Shown here piece after piece: positions 24,459 to 36,854 of a stretch of DNA of 64,000 bases (position 1 is its first letter; the number at the start of each line of letters is the position of its first letter). The DNA is from an uncultured Hormoscilla sp. (lineage in GTDB: Bacteria; Cyanobacteriota; Cyanobacteriia; Cyanobacteriales; Desertifilaceae). The position numbers and the translations under genes were made by a program. The stretch spans positions 416,001-480,000 of the forward strand of contig OZ001293.3 of NCBI GenBank assembly GCA_963921275.4. Reading direction: 5' to 3'. A model generated the notes under the pieces. It saw only the letters and a list, made by a program, of their open reading frames with translations, was not told where the DNA came from and did no database searches.

Positions 24459-24663
24459 ATTTGCCAATATTAGAGAACGCTTTAAACAAGGACATAAGGC
24501 TTTGGTCTGGGCTTTCATCGAGCGTCTGCATCCCGATGATGTCAGAATTGCGGCGACTTCTGTGGGGTTTGAATGGCATAAGTTACTATATGAATTAGAG
24601 GGAATAGTGATTCGACAGGTGAGACCACCATATAACATACAGATTCCCAAGGAGAGAGTATAA
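24459..24663 (+). pseudogene. C-terminal fragment resembling cyanobacterial GIY-YIG nuclease family proteins
   Basis: NIRERFKQGHKAL..LE..VI..RPPYN; N-terminus missing. Confidence 0.45.
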
Positions 24664-25230
24664 TGCTGTTGAAAGATTTACATATCCAAAGACAAATATG
24701 GGATGATTATCCTGAGCCTGTTAAAAAAGTAATAGAGTTCTATTCTCTGGCCATATCATTATCTCCTCAAGATGTGATATAATATGCGATCGCATGTTTT
24801 GTCGGCATTGAGCAAAAGCCCTCAGATATAGATAGACTCTCGATCGAAGAGGGTGAGATATCTGCGTTTAGTCCCTATATCCAGAAGGGAATTCATGCTC
24901 ATGCTTTGACAATTGAATATCCTCCTGAAGCAGTGGTGGAAATGGCGAGCGCAAGTTTTATCGACCCAGATGCTATCACTTTTGATGATTGTCTTCCTGG
25001 GATCGATCGGGATAAAGTCGAGGGGCTAAAACGTTTCTATGGCATATTAGAGACTCCTGTGAAAAATCCCCCTAAATACCCCAGAGAAAGGAGGACTTTG
25101 AACGATCCTGTTACCCCCGCATCATCGGGGGGTTAGGGGAGATGAAAATTTTGACAAAATTTCAAACTGAAGACTTGACAGTTGCTCAAGTTGAGTGCAA
25201 TAATAGATGAGAGCTGCGATAGCACGAGAC

Positions 25231-25989
25231 ATGATTACCCAGTTACAGGTAGAAAACTTCAAATCCTGGCAGGAGACAGGTGAGATGGCGATGGCCCCCC
25301 TGACGGGCTTGTTTGGCAACAACAGTTCTGGGAAAACCGCCATCCTGCAACTGCTGCTGATGTGGAAGCAAACCGTAGAAAGCGTAGACCGGCAGCGGGT
25401 GCTGGAAATTGGGGGCGATCAGGCGACTAGAGTTAACCTGGGCAGGTTTAAGGATATCATACATCAACATCTTTTACCAGGCTAGATGAGCTTCAGTTTA
25501 GACTGGAAAGTCCCCCACCCCTTAGAAATAGCATATCCACAAGGAAAGCCCCAGCAAATATTATTTTCAATTCCCGCAGTCCAGTTTGCCACAAGGATCT
25601 TGGGCACGGACAACAGGATATCTGTAGAAAAATTGTCCTACAGCCTCAGGGCCAATGGCAACAGCTACAAATTTGGCATGAATTGCATCGAGGAGCAAGC
25701 TTATGATTTAATCGCCCAAGGGTATGAGATCCAGCGGCTTCCCGGTCAGAACTGGCCACTCCCAGTCAAAAGTTACCTATTCCCCGATCGCGTCAATGCC
25801 TACTATCAAAATGCCAGTTTCTTGTCCCAATTAGTGCTAGCATTCGAGGAGATATTTAGCAAGATATACTATCTGGGACCATTGCGGGACTATCCAAGCC
25901 GCAGATACTTATGGACCGGGGAACCGCCACAGGATGTAGGACAGCGAGGAGAGTTGGCGATTTCAGCCTTGCCATTGTCATCAAAATAG
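25231..25989 (+). pseudogene. AAA ATPase (DUF3696-associated type), internal stop and truncated
   Basis: MITQLQVENFKSW, GNNSSGKT, YYLGPLRDYPSR; TAG at 25483-25485; truncated against the converging gene. Confidence 0.75.
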
Positions 25990-27219
25990 CGATACTCCAA
26001 CACACAGCGACTAAACAATAAACTACGATGCACGTCATCATTCTCGATCTCCTTAGACTCATGCACCGATCCCAATACCTCCCACTGATACTCCTCTACT
26101 GCTCTTCGGTACACGTCCCGCAGGTCATCCACAGCCCGTTGCACCGCCTGCGCCCGAATGGGAAGTTCGTCCGTTTTTGTAATCGCTTCCTGCATCAACT
26201 GTATCAAATCCCGCACGTAGCCGCCACTCATCAGGCACAATTTCTGTAGGACTTCCTCTGACTCAAAGACATCAGATATCAACGAATCCCTGAAACTCGA
26301 AGGAAGCCGTCGGCGAATGATATCTTTGAGGATATCCAATCCTTTATTGTAGGGGTCGCCATTTTCGCCATTTTCCAGATGCACCATAATCGACGGTAAA
26401 ACTTGGGGAATGTCATAGTTATCCTTGAGTTCCGTCGCCCAGCGAGAGTAAATCAGGGAAATGGGCACCGTATAGATAATATGGCAAGCCAGCGCCTTCA
26501 GTTGCTCGTGGCGATCGAGAAAAATCTCCTCCTGGTTGCTGCGTCCGTTTTCCCGGAAGATCGGCACAATGCGATCGAAGTTATCCGCGATCGCGAGCAA
26601 CCGCGTTTTCTGGGGCAAATGACTCCTAGCATCTTCAATAAAGGCATTGAGAGCTTGGATCAAAGTTTCCGTATGGGGTTCTATACGCTCCCGGATCTTC
26701 TGGCGTTGGCTTGGTTCCGCCCGCATTGTCGCCGTCAACTTAGCAAATTCCTTTAACCCCACCTCCAAATTTACATCATCAATGTTAATTTCTGTCAGCA
26801 TCACATCTTTCAAATCCCGCCGCCGCGCCTTGAGCCAATTGAGGATGGGACTGGGGTTCGCGTCTTTGAGTTGTCGCAGCAAATGGCGGGTGCAGGCTAG
26901 CAGAATATCCGTATATTGGGCATCCTGAACGCTGATATCTTCTTCATCGGCGGCAAAATATACCACCACATGACCGCGATCTTCCAAATCTTTCTTCAAC
27001 CGCAATAACTCCGTCATTTTCCCCGACCCTCGGTAACCAGAATATAGCTGGTAGGTCCCGCGATCGCCTGATCGTGCGTCCCAAGTCCTCCACTACATCC
27101 TCATCGCCGCGCACCGATCGACAGTCCACATAAGCCTGATCTCCCGGTTGCAAGGGTGTAGGGGTAAAAGCGTTGTAAATCTCATCGAGGATATCTTTCA
27201 TATCTTGGAGGCTAGTCAT
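25890..27219 (-). pseudogene. P-loop ATP-binding protein, frameshifted near Walker A, 3' end truncated
   Basis: YVDCRSVRG, SGYRGSGKMTEL, IADNFDRI, SGGYVRDL; split over ORFs 26944..27219 and 25890..27017. Confidence 0.75.
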
Positions 27220-27541
27220 AGTTCTAGATTATGTGTTGACTAAGAAAATAGAGAGGCTACAAATATTTTTAAATTATCCTCCTAGTCGGTTTTAACTCAT
27301 ATCTTGCACCATTCTCAACTAGAGGCGGAGCCTCGATAGCCCGTTCCCTGGATCCGCCGGGGAACGAGGGTAAAACGCTTTCTTTATAAGGTTTTCAGTC
27401 GGTTTTAACCGACTTTAGCTATTAGCCGTGGGTTTTAACCCACGGCGGGCCAGGAGATTAAGTGTAGCATTTTTTTGTAAATGTATTCGACCAAAATTTT
27501 TTCCTCTGAGGCCAAAAGGAAGTTACCGAAGCCCCACTACG

Positions 27542-28473
27542 GTCGGGGTCGAGCTGGGAATCACTCCCCAACCCTCCAAGAGCGGAACCGGACTTGCGAC
27601 TTTCACCGCTGGGGCTTGTCCTTAGGCATATCATCATCAATAATTAGGTCACCCCGTATTCCCCTTACCCTCTGTAATTTTACCCCTTATGGTCAATCCT
27701 ATTGGACCGTTAATGATTTCAGCTCCGGAAGGTATGCGCTGCGCGCACGCTGCGCGATCGCGGAGGGTAGTTCAGCAAACCATTCTAGCCGCTCTTCTCT
27801 AACATTTCCCCATTCTGGCAATTTATCGGGGCTCTGAACTTTACCCGGCTGAGACTCTAGTCCATATTCATACTTTTGGATTTCTCCTAAGTTTTGCGAT
27901 GTGTTAGGGCTACTTTCACCAAAGGCTTCTTACCATATCCGTCCTACGTCTGCATATCCCAGGCATTACCCCAGGCGTTGGCTTCTTAGAACATCCTTCC
28001 TCTTCGCGGCTTGCGCTTTACATCTAACTGGTCCAAATGGGGACAGCTCACGTGAGGTTACTTCGTTCCCTGGTATCATTTCTCGATGCTTGTAGGCCCC
28101 TGCTATACCCCGGGAGTTCTTTGGGTGCGATGCTGGCAATAGATGACTACCAACACTAACTACCATTTTCCCTTTTGGGCCAGCGTATAAGCCTTATTCC
28201 GCTGGTTCTATGTAACGAGGCTTTAACAGGTTCGCTTGTTCTAACCATGAGCATCTTTCCTAGCGGCGTCACTGGGTTAGGCTGCCAGCTATCCTACATT
28301 TAAGTCCTAGCGGAGCACCACGGCGATGTGACCCCGCAGCACTAAGGACCGGTAGTACCCTCGACCCCACACCTGGGGAGAGGGAATTTAACCCCCATGA
28401 TAACCAGAGTTATCCGGCAAATGAAACCAGACCAGACTTCACCGTCGCCAGTTTACGCCTGAACGAATCGCAC
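27542..28473 (-). mobile_element. ORF-less group II intron (copy A of a near-identical pair)
   Basis: 5' GTGCGATTCGTT at 28473; DV-like AGCCCCAGCGGTGAAAGTCGCAAGTCCGGTT; 3' CTCGACCCCGAC at 27542; the 3' 383 nt are nearly identical to 63618-64000. Confidence 0.88.
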
Positions 28474-28559
28474 CATTAAAGCATAGTCTCTGTCCCCTGG
28501 TGAGGATAGCCAGGCCATCGAGTAGCAAGCGTGAAACCGGGTTTCTGGTTCATCTCGAA

Positions 28560-28757
28560 CGAGATATCAACGATCTGACGACAGATGGCAGGTTTATCAA
28601 CGCCTGCAAGAATTAGATATCGCTTGTGAGTGTTCCATCAATCAGCCCTTGAAGGTTGATATCCACAGTCCCACAGTAGCAATTCAACTCCAGAGCGTTA
28701 TCAAGCAATTTATCGCCGCTCGCCCAGCCCCTGGTGGAATGGTTAGAAAGCTGCTAG
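28560..28757 (+). pseudogene. Asr1405/Asl0597-like small cyanobacterial protein, degraded
   Basis: DRWQVYQRLQELDIACEC..QPLKV.I.SP..AIQL.SVIKQF..LVEWLESC read by eye across a frameshift. Confidence 0.55.
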
Positions 28758-28966
28758 CATAGCGAAATTTAAACTTCTATCCCGAATTACCGGTGGCAAT
28801 AATGGTGTTTTGTTGATAATATACTTCAACAAAGGAGGTGCAATTGCCAAAATCCTCAGACAAGATTCTACCAATGCCATGCTAGGGCCAAAAATATGGG
28901 GGCGCGATCGCGCCCCCATCAACTTGCAAAATTGAAAAGATAAAGGCAATAATGATTTTCAAGATT

Positions 28967-29380
28967 CTATTGTCCGACTTGTGTCTGTAGCCAAGGATTA
29001 GAATTTAGCGAAGCGTGCATTTCCCCTGGCCCTAAATACTCAACAAACTGATTTTCTTTGTCAACAAGAATCATCTTCGGATCGACGGGTGTACTTGTAA
29101 CTTGGAAAGACATGACTATCAGGCAGTTACCCTTGCTACTCAGCCTAGCGGCGGCTCCCTGTATCGAGCAGACGCCGGATCTCCGTTCTCCCGCGATCGC
29201 GTAGGTCTCAAAGCGATTGCCGTTAGTCACGTCGCAAACTAGCACCTTTTCAAAATTCCAGATGTCTGCCTTATCCATCAAGTCGGCATCAATGAGAATA
29301 CTTCCGATGTAGTCGGGATTAGCATCAGTCACCCAAACACGATGGATCTTCGACTTCAGGACAATTCTCATTCTCTTCAC
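28967..29380 (-). CDS. panD: Aspartate 1-decarboxylase
   Basis: LKSKIHR, YIG/SI autocleavage site, NGNRFETYAI, GAAARL. Confidence 0.9.
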   Translation of the reverse strand: MKRMRIVLKSKIHRVWVTDANPDYIGSILIDADLMDKADIWNFEKVLVCDVTNGNRFETYAIAGERRSGVCSIQGAAARLSSKGNCLIVMSFQVTSTPVDPKMILVDKENQFVEYLGPGEMHASLNSNPWLQTQVGQ

Positions 29381-29530
29381 CTCTGCAAATATAAGTTGCT
29401 TCCTGCACTGGCGTTTTACGATAACAGGATAATCAGCTGTTGTGCATCATCATTAAGTAGGTAGGCACAAATGGGAGGGCAATGTATTTCGAGCATTTAA
29501 CGCCAGACAATCTTCTCTGCCATGCTAGGG

Positions 29531-29560
29531 CCAAAAATAAGGGGGCGCGATCGCGCCCCC
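29531..29560 (-). terminator. Probable rho-independent terminator of fba (HIP1-centred palindrome plus U-rich tail)
   Basis: Perfect 20-bp palindrome GGGGGCGCGATCGCGCCCCC followed on the - strand by TTATTTTT, 90 bp after the fba stop. Confidence 0.65.
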
Positions 29561-29650
29561 ATCAATTTGCAAAAAAACTGGATAATCGAGAGTGCTGGCT
29601 GTTGCAGCAACCCGAGACCAATGATTAAGTTTGCCCAAAGGCCGGAAAAA

Positions 29651-30730
29651 TTAGACTGCAACAGGAGTCTTCGTCACAGCAGTCAGTTCGCCCTGAGCAT
29701 ACTTAGCAGCAAAATCATCGAGACTTACCTGCTTGATCTTGCTAGCATTACCGGTGGTCCAGAACTGCTGATAACGATCCAAACACACCTGCTTCATGTA
29801 CTTGATGGAAGGCTTCAGGAAGTGACGAGGATCGAAGTTAGAAGGATCCTTGGCCGCAGCTTCGCGAATAGCAGCAGTAATAGCCAAACGGTTGTCCGTA
29901 TCGATGTTCACCTTGCGGACACCACTCTTAATGCCCTTTTGAATTTCCTCAACCGGTACGCCGTAGGTTTCGGGAATGTTACCGCCGTACTGGTTGATAA
30001 TTGCGATCAGGTCTTCTGGTACAGAGGAAGAACCATGCATCACCAAGTGGGTATTAGGTAAACGCTTGTGAATTTCTTCAATGCGGCTGATGGCCAGAAT
30101 TTCACCAGTCGGCTTGCGGGTGAACTTGTAAGCGCCGTGACTGGTCCCGATCGCCACAGCCAGGGCATCCACTTGGGTCTGTTCCACAAATTGCACAGCT
30201 TCGTCTGGATCTGTCAACAACTGATCGTGACTGAGTTTCCCTTCTGCGCCGTGACCATCTTCCTTGTCACCCATACCAGTTTCCAGAGAACCCAAACAAC
30301 CCAGTTCCCCTTCCACGCTGACACCGATCGAGTGAGCCACTTTCACCACTTCAGCAGTGACATTCACATTGTACTCAAAGCTCGCAGGCGTCTTCGCATC
30401 GGCTTCCAGAGAGCCATCCATCATGACGCTGGTGAAACCGTGGCGCATGGCCGAGTAGCAAGTGGATGGTGCATTACCATGATCTTGGTGCATAGCAATG
30501 GGAATATGGGGGTAGGATTCCACCGCTGCTGTAATCAGGTGCCGGAGGAAGTTTTCACCTGCATATTTGCGGGCTCCCCGAGAAGCTTGTAGAATCACTG
30601 GACTATCAGCTTCATCCGCAGCCTGCATGATGGAGATAATCTGCTCCATGTTGTTCACGTTGTAGGCTGGAATGCCGTAACTGTTTTCAGCTGCGTGATC
30701 CAGCAGCAGACGCATTGGTACCAGTGCCAT
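29651..30730 (-). CDS. fba: Fructose-bisphosphate aldolase class II
   Basis: [63 protein letters not shown]. Confidence 0.98.
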   Translation of the reverse strand: MALVPMRLLLDHAAENSYGIPAYNVNNMEQIISIMQAADEADSPVILQASRGARKYAGENFLRHLITAAVESYPHIPIAMHQDHGNAPSTCYSAMRHGFTSVMMDGSLEADAKTPASFEYNVNVTAEVVKVAHSIGVSVEGELGCLGSLETGMGDKEDGHGAEGKLSHDQLLTDPDEAVQFVEQTQVDALAVAIGTSHGAYKFTRKPTGEILAISRIEEIHKRLPNTHLVMHGSSSVPEDLIAIINQYGGNIPETYGVPVEEIQKGIKSGVRKVNIDTDNRLAITAAIREAAAKDPSNFDPRHFLKPSIKYMKQVCLDRYQQFWTTGNASKIKQVSLDDFAAKYAQGELTAVTKTPVAV

Positions 30731-30959
30731 GTAATCGTCCTCCTAACGAAAGTTGTCGCGTCGTCTCTGATATACAAGTTGAATCCTTATAACAATCTTA
30801 AGATATTTTGTTGCTTTTGCCAAAAAATTTTTTTCTCTTGTATTATTTATCCTGTTTATCCTGTTTATCCAGCATCCCATAGCAGGCTAGGATCCCCATC
30901 GGGCAAAGCTTCTGAACTTTTTCGGGACCCCCAATATTTAAACGAAGAGGGCAAGTAGT

Positions 30960-31870
30960 CCCACTTACCACCCCTCAGTTAGAGAGCGAGCCCATAGAGG
31001 GGGGACCGGTAGTCCATGACGAATCCCTCGAATAATAAAACGAAGTCCAGTGGTAAACAAGGAACACTCTTGACGGAAGCGTATGATGCTCCCCTTTGGC
31101 AAAGGCGTCTCATCACTCATACCGGCAGATGTTGACCAATACATAGCTAGAGCCATAACCTTGCATCAAACGTTCAATAGGATCTGCATGTTCTTTTTGG
31201 GTCTGGAGTAATACCAAAACCTCGGGATTTTCAATCAGAAAACATGGCTTCAATCGGCCAACGCATTCCCTAATCGAGAGTTTTGTATTCAGAGGCGGGG
31301 CAATCCATCGCGGTAGAGCGGTAGGTTCATCATAGCCAGGGTCTTGAAGGATGCCAATATTGGTTTTCACCTCTGTGGCGTTAAAGCAAGCTCCGTTCAG
31401 GACTTTTACTCCCAAGGGAGATATCTCTGCTCCTTGCTCTTGTCCGGTGGTGACATGGCTGCGCTCCCGCAAGGGATACGGCACACAGGAGACATCCCTG
31501 GGGCATCTCTAACCGTAATTTCTCCCCCCCTGCCCTGGTGGAGCGAAAATTAAGTTACCCTTCAAAGGAATACGGTAGCTCCAAGCCATGGTTTTGACAC
31601 CATTCCACCAATGATGAAGTGCCATAGAACCGGTCAGCCATCAACAATATGGAAACTCGGAAGGCAATCGGAACCTATACTTTTGAGAGTAATTGCCAAT
31701 GCTGCTGAAAACCCTATAGCTCCCGAAGGTTTCTTTAACAAGCCAGAGCAATGGTAAAGCTCTTTTGCCCATACTTATACTCACCATCAACATTTTTCTG
31801 GCCATTTCCCACCTTGCGCAAGGTCTAACATCAGTATTAACTGTTCTCCACAAGCAGTCATTCACACAAC
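30960..31870 (-). mobile_element. Degraded IS4-like transposase remnant
   Basis: Fragments such as MLMVSI..GKRALPLLWL; many stops; carries a hairpin element at 31420-31496. Confidence 0.45.
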
Positions 31871-31983
31871 TGGAGTCCTTCTGAAGCCATTACCGCAGGG
31901 TAACGCAGCCATAGCAATCTCGAACTACTTATATACTACCAGTAGCGTAGGGGTGGGCAGTGCCCACCCTACTATAGCTACAT

Positions 31984-32103
31984 TATAACGAGTCTAAATC
32001 ATTTGTGCAAACATCCCGGGGGGTCGCCTGCTGCTCAACCCCAAGCTGAGTTTGGATTTCAGCACAAAAACGATTATTGCACGACTCATTTAGACTTGCT
32101 ATA
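31984..32103. mobile_element. ~120-bp MITE-like element with imperfect TIRs
   Basis: TATAACGAGTCTAAAT ... ATTTAGACTTGCTATA; TA at both ends. Confidence 0.55.
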
Positions 32104-32403
32104 TGTGCCATTCGACGATCGGTAGTCAGTTGTTAGCAGTCAGTTGTCCGTTGACGGTCTGCCAGAAATCCTCACAGATAAAGGATTTCTGCCAATTTTA
32201 CAATTAATTGACAAGGTATAAAAACTTATGTATGATGACTTATTAAGAAAATATAATTGTTGATGATCGCCCTCCCCTGGCTGATAAAATTGGATAATTG
32301 ACAAAACTTAAGACTGGATGACTAGGTTATGACCAGTCGAATCACACCCAACTGCCAGTACGGGTAGTGGGTGTTAAATATTATGGTTGCTAGGCAAGTG
32401 ACA

Positions 32404-34344
32404 ATGGTTTCATCTTTGACAAATCCCCCCACAGCAAAAAAATCTTCCAAGTTAGAAGGCATAAAGGAACGCAGTAATTTCCTGCGGGAACCAGTAGCCT
32501 CAGAACTGCTCTTAGACACAACTCATTTCTCAGCAGACGGCATCCAGATTCTCAAATTTCACGGTTCCTACCAGCAGGATAACCGAGATAACCGCCAGAT
32601 GGGACAGTCGAAAGACTACCAAATGATGCTGCGCACCCGCTCTCCGGGGGGCTTTATTCCCCCACAGTTGTATCTTACTCTCGATCGCCTGTCGGAGGAG
32701 TATGGCAACGGGACAATCAGAGCAACCACCAGGCAAGGTTTTCAACTCCACGGGGTGCCCAAGCAAAATCTCAAGACAGTATTAGCCTCGATTATAAACA
32801 GTATGGGGTCAACTCTGGGAGCCTGTGGCGACCTGAATCGCAATGTCATGGCCCCAGCGGCACCATATAAAGATCGCCCAGAGTACCAGTATGCTTGGGA
32901 GTACGCTAATAATATTGCTGACTTGCTGACGCCCCAAACAGGAGCTTACTATGAAATATGGCTGGATGGCGAAAAGGCGATTGAGGCAGAGGAAGCTCCA
33001 GAAGTGAAAGCGGCGCGGCAGCGGAATGGTAACGGCACGGTCCTACCTAACAAGGAAGAACCGATTTACGGGGAACATTATATGCCCCGCAAGTTTAAAA
33101 TATCTGTTACGGTGCCAGGGGATAATTCAGTCGATCTGCTGACCCAAGATATAAGTTTGGTGATCCTAACAGATGACAGTGGTCAATTGGAAGGGTTTAA
33201 TATCTATGCTGGGGGAGGTATGGGCCGCACTCACGGGAAAGAGGAGACATTCCCCAGAACAGCTGACCCGATCGGGTATGTGGCCAAAGAAGATGTTTAC
33301 GATCTGGTGAAGGCAATTGTAGCAACTCAGCGGGACTATGGCGATCGGGTGAATCGGCGTCATGGGAGAATGAAATATCTCCTGCACGACTGGGGGGTAG
33401 AGAAGTTCCGCAAGGTAGTCGAGGGCTACTTCGGTAAACCCTTATCACCCTTCCGGTCCCTGCCAGAATTTAAATACCTGGACTATCTGGGCTGGCACGA
33501 ACAGGGAGATGGTAACCTTTTCCTGGGCATCTCGATTGAAAATGGTCGGATTAAAGATGAAGGAACGTTGAATCTGAAAACGGCTTTGCGCGATATTGTG
33601 CAAAAATTTGAGCTGCCCATGCGGCTGACGCCTAACCACAATATCATCTTATATGAGATTGAACCCCAACAGCAGTTGGAAATCAACCAAATTTTGATCT
33701 TAAATGGGGTGGAAGTCGATCCAGGTAAAATTGATAGCTTAGTCCGTTATTCAATGGCTTGCCCAGCTATGCCCACCTGTGGTTTGGCGATTACAGAATC
33801 AGAAAGGGCGCTACCCGGGATTTTAGATCGCATCCGATCGCTGCTGAATAAGTTGAGGTTAGAAAAAGAGCATTTTGTGGTGCGGATGACGGGCTGTCCG
33901 AATGGCTGTGCGAGACCTTATATAGCAGAATTGGGGTTTGTCGGTCAAGGGCCAGAGTCCTATCAGGTTTGGCTGGGTGCCGACCCAAATCAAAACCGTT
34001 TGGCCCAGGCATATTTGGAGAAGATGCACGTAAACGCTCTAGAAGAGACTCTAGAACCGTTGTTTGTCTATTTTAAACAAGAACGAAAATCAGGGCAAGT
34101 AGCAGAAAGCTTTGGAGATTTTTGTCATCGAGTGGGGTTAGAGGCCCTCCGCAGCTTTGCAGCCAGCTATCAACCAGGGGAAACTTCTGCCAATGGCAAG
34201 ACTGCTGCTAGTAAGACGCGCTATCGGGTGGGGGTGCGCAATACGACATATAAGCGCCTCAAGGATCTTGCTACTCAGCAAGGTAAGTCCATGACTCAAC
34301 TGGCAACAGAGGCGATCGACGCTTATTTGCGAGAAAATGGCTAA
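32404..34344 (+). CDS. sir: Ferredoxin-dependent sulfite reductase
   Basis: [49 protein letters not shown] and TGCPNGC siroheme/FeS ligands. Confidence 0.96.
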   Translation: MVSSLTNPPTAKKSSKLEGIKERSNFLREPVASELLLDTTHFSADGIQILKFHGSYQQDNRDNRQMGQSKDYQMMLRTRSPGGFIPPQLYLTLDRLSEEYGNGTIRATTRQGFQLHGVPKQNLKTVLASIINSMGSTLGACGDLNRNVMAPAAPYKDRPEYQYAWEYANNIADLLTPQTGAYYEIWLDGEKAIEAEEAPEVKAARQRNGNGTVLPNKEEPIYGEHYMPRKFKISVTVPGDNSVDLLTQDISLVILTDDSGQLEGFNIYAGGGMGRTHGKEETFPRTADPIGYVAKEDVYDLVKAIVATQRDYGDRVNRRHGRMKYLLHDWGVEKFRKVVEGYFGKPLSPFRSLPEFKYLDYLGWHEQGDGNLFLGISIENGRIKDEGTLNLKTALRDIVQKFELPMRLTPNHNIILYEIEPQQQLEINQILILNGVEVDPGKIDSLVRYSMACPAMPTCGLAITESERALPGILDRIRSLLNKLRLEKEHFVVRMTGCPNGCARPYIAELGFVGQGPESYQVWLGADPNQNRLAQAYLEKMHVNALEETLEPLFVYFKQERKSGQVAESFGDFCHRVGLEALRSFAASYQPGETSANGKTAASKTRYRVGVRNTTYKRLKDLATQQGKSMTQLATEAIDAYLRENG

Positions 34345-34413
34345 TGAAGAATGGTTAATGGTTAATAAAGAATGGAAAAGGAGAGTATATTAATTGCAAG
34401 TTAGCCATTAGTC

Positions 34414-35010
34414 ATGAATCATTATCAACTGCAACGGTTGGCGATCTCGCCGACACAGATACAAGAGGATCGGGTTTGCTTGACGCCCCAGCAACAGCAT
34501 TATCTGGGGCGAGTCTTGCCCTTGCAGACTGGCGATCGCTTTATTGCAATAAACGGACAGGAGACTTGGTGGCTGTGCGAACTCCTAGCAGCAGCAACTG
34601 CTAAGATTATAGAATCCATTCCTGTGCAAACTGAGTTGCCGGTAGCAGTAACCATGATGGTTGCCTTGCCCAAAGGTAACGGATTTGACGATGGTTGTGC
34701 GCTGCTGTACGGAGTTGGGAGTCAGTTCCATTATCCCAGTGGTGAGCGCTCGCACTTTACTCAAACCCAGTCCCCAAAAGCTCTCCCGCTAGCAGCGCCT
34801 TGCTGCTGAAGCTGCCGAACAATCCGAAGGTCAGATCCTGCCCGGGATCTTAGAACCTGTGGCATTCGCTACAGCTTTGTCAGATTTTATTTCAGTTAAG
34901 TTAGAAAATAATCTCTTGACAAAAGAGAGAAAATATATTTGCGTGGCGCGGGGCTACTCTCCCCATTTATTGGATAGCTTGCAGGACCGTTAGCAAGAGA
35001 AAATTGTCAT
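34414..35010 (+). pseudogene. rsmE: 16S rRNA m3U1498 methyltransferase RsmE, frameshifted and truncated
   Basis: LQRLAI..QHYLGRVL..GDRFIA..ALPKGNGFD, then a shift to CTELGV..AAEAAEQS; stops; C-terminal IGPEGG absent. Confidence 0.8.
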
Positions 35011-35421
35011 TATCTCTCGCAGATCGGAAAGTGATTGGGATCCTGCTTTTCAGTTATACAGCGCTCTGGTCTTTCTCAAAACTCTACAGCATCGTTAACC
35101 AAGCGTAGTAGCTCGTCTAGTTTAAAATGGTTAGCAAACATTTCTAGCCAATATGCTCTATCTTCAGAAAAACATTTGGCAATGCTGACCATTTTAGCCC
35201 AGACGAACTAGGGCGAGTAGAGGCAGATCCTCTAGAGTACATGAGCCTTCGTCAGGGAACGAGAGGAACATCACTGTCAACTGACAACTTATATCAAGTC
35301 GGGGTAATGACCCATAAGAAAGCCACCTCAAAGGGCTTTCACGCCTAGACTGTCTCGCGTTACTCAAATGGCCGTTGGGTTTCGTGCCTCAACCAACCTA
35401 CAGATGCTGTCAACTGACCAG

Positions 35422-35928
35422 TTATTTTTTGGTTTTGGGTAGCTTGGGTGTTACCTTAGGGATTTTCACCTGACGAGCCATGGTCATAAACGAGTTCATG
35501 CTGGGACCCGGACGTCGGCGTCCAGCATTCAGAGCATTAGCCGGGTTTAAGTATGTGGGAGCAAAATTGGCGCTCTCTGGTTCGGGAGCCTTCGCCGCCG
35601 TCTTGGCAGCAGTTGGCTGAAACTGCTTTGGTGCAACAGTTTTGCCTTTCTTGGCGGCGGCCTTTTCAGCTTTGATCGCCGCCATTTTGGCTTTCTTCGC
35701 CTGGAGAGCCTCCGCTTTGGCTTTCTTAGCAGCATCCGCTTTGTCAGCTGTAGCTAGTGACACTGCTGGGGTTGTTTCTGCTGTGGCTGGCGCTGCTGCG
35801 GCTGCTAGTTCGGGCGCTGGCGCTGCCGGTTCAGCTGACTTCCCCTGGTCGTCGAATTTAACGGAGAACTTGGTGTCTTTATCTGATTTGGCCTTTTTTC
35901 CACCAAACAGATTTTTTAATGGTCCCAT
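35422..35928 (-). CDS. Hypothetical Ala/Lys-rich cyanobacterial protein
   Basis: Open frame with conserved-looking FAPTYL..RRRPGPSMNSFMTMARQVK tail. Confidence 0.7.
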   Translation of the reverse strand: MGPLKNLFGGKKAKSDKDTKFSVKFDDQGKSAEPAAPAPELAAAAAPATAETTPAVSLATADKADAAKKAKAEALQAKKAKMAAIKAEKAAAKKGKTVAPKQFQPTAAKTAAKAPEPESANFAPTYLNPANALNAGRRRPGPSMNSFMTMARQVKIPKVTPKLPKTKK

Positions 35929-36248
35929 GATTACAATTGCTCCTATGGTTTTTTCTGATGTAGTTCCTGACTGCGGTGGCAGACTCATTCAATTATCAAG
36001 CCCCACCGAGAACGCAGACAAGAAAAGTTAATACTTCTTTATAAAACTTTACTTTTCCCTCATACAGCGTATAAATACTTAAGTGCGATCGGGATCTGGG
36101 CTTTATGGGTTGAAACTGCGGTCACTTTTGATTATACTGACATCTGTGCTTTAGATATGGCATTAGAGGCAGGATCCTCTAGAAACTCGTTCCCAGACAG
36201 ATCCTGGGAAGGAAGGTATGAGATGGCAGGAAAACTGTAAAATATTCT

Positions 36249-36854
36249 ATGAAGTGCAATCGAGTATTGCTGATCCACGGCATAGACGACACAGTAGCTG
36301 TCTTCGATACAATGTCTGCATACCTGAAGCAGCTGGGTTGGAATGTCTACGGTCTGGACTTGATTCCCTGTAATGGTGATTGTGGTCTGGACCTGTTGGC
36401 CAAACAAGTGGCTGATTATGTGACCAAAACTTTCCTGCCAGATGAGCCTTTTGACTTGGTTAGCTTTAGCATGGGAGGAATTATCAGTCGCTACTATGTC
36501 CAGCGCCTGGGAGGGATATCGCGGGTACAGCGCTTCATTACCATATCTGCTCCCCATCATGGCAGTTGGTTGGGCTATGCACGCCAAAATCCAGGTTGCA
36601 GGCAGTTGCGTCCCGAGAGTGATTTTCTCCAAGATTTGAATCGAGATGCGGCTATGTTGGCAAGGTTGAATTTTACCTCCATCTGGACGCCTTTTGATTT
36701 GATGATCTTGCCAGCTAATAGTTCCTCTATGCCAGTAGGTAAGGAGATAAAAGTGCCGATTTTGGTCCATTCCTGGATGGTGAGAGACTCCCAGAGTTTA
36801 AGGTTGGTGGCCCAGGAGTTAATGGAACCTTTAAGGAATAAACATGAAGCGTAA
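36249..36854 (+). CDS. Lipase/esterase (alpha/beta hydrolase)
   Basis: VLLIHGI, SFSMGG, ISAPHHG, SIWTPFDLMI, H in VHSWM. Confidence 0.85.
   Translation: MKCNRVLLIHGIDDTVAVFDTMSAYLKQLGWNVYGLDLIPCNGDCGLDLLAKQVADYVTKTFLPDEPFDLVSFSMGGIISRYYVQRLGGISRVQRFITISAPHHGSWLGYARQNPGCRQLRPESDFLQDLNRDAAMLARLNFTSIWTPFDLMILPANSSSMPVGKEIKVPILVHSWMVRDSQSLRLVAQELMEPLRNKHEA

Larger units (their letters stand above)
28875..29574. repeat. ~57-bp direct repeats (28875-28931, 29518-29574) flanking panD
   Basis: TGCCATGCTAGGGCCAAAAATAxGGGGGCGCGATCGCGCCCCCATCAAxTTGCAAAA present twice. Confidence 0.9.
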
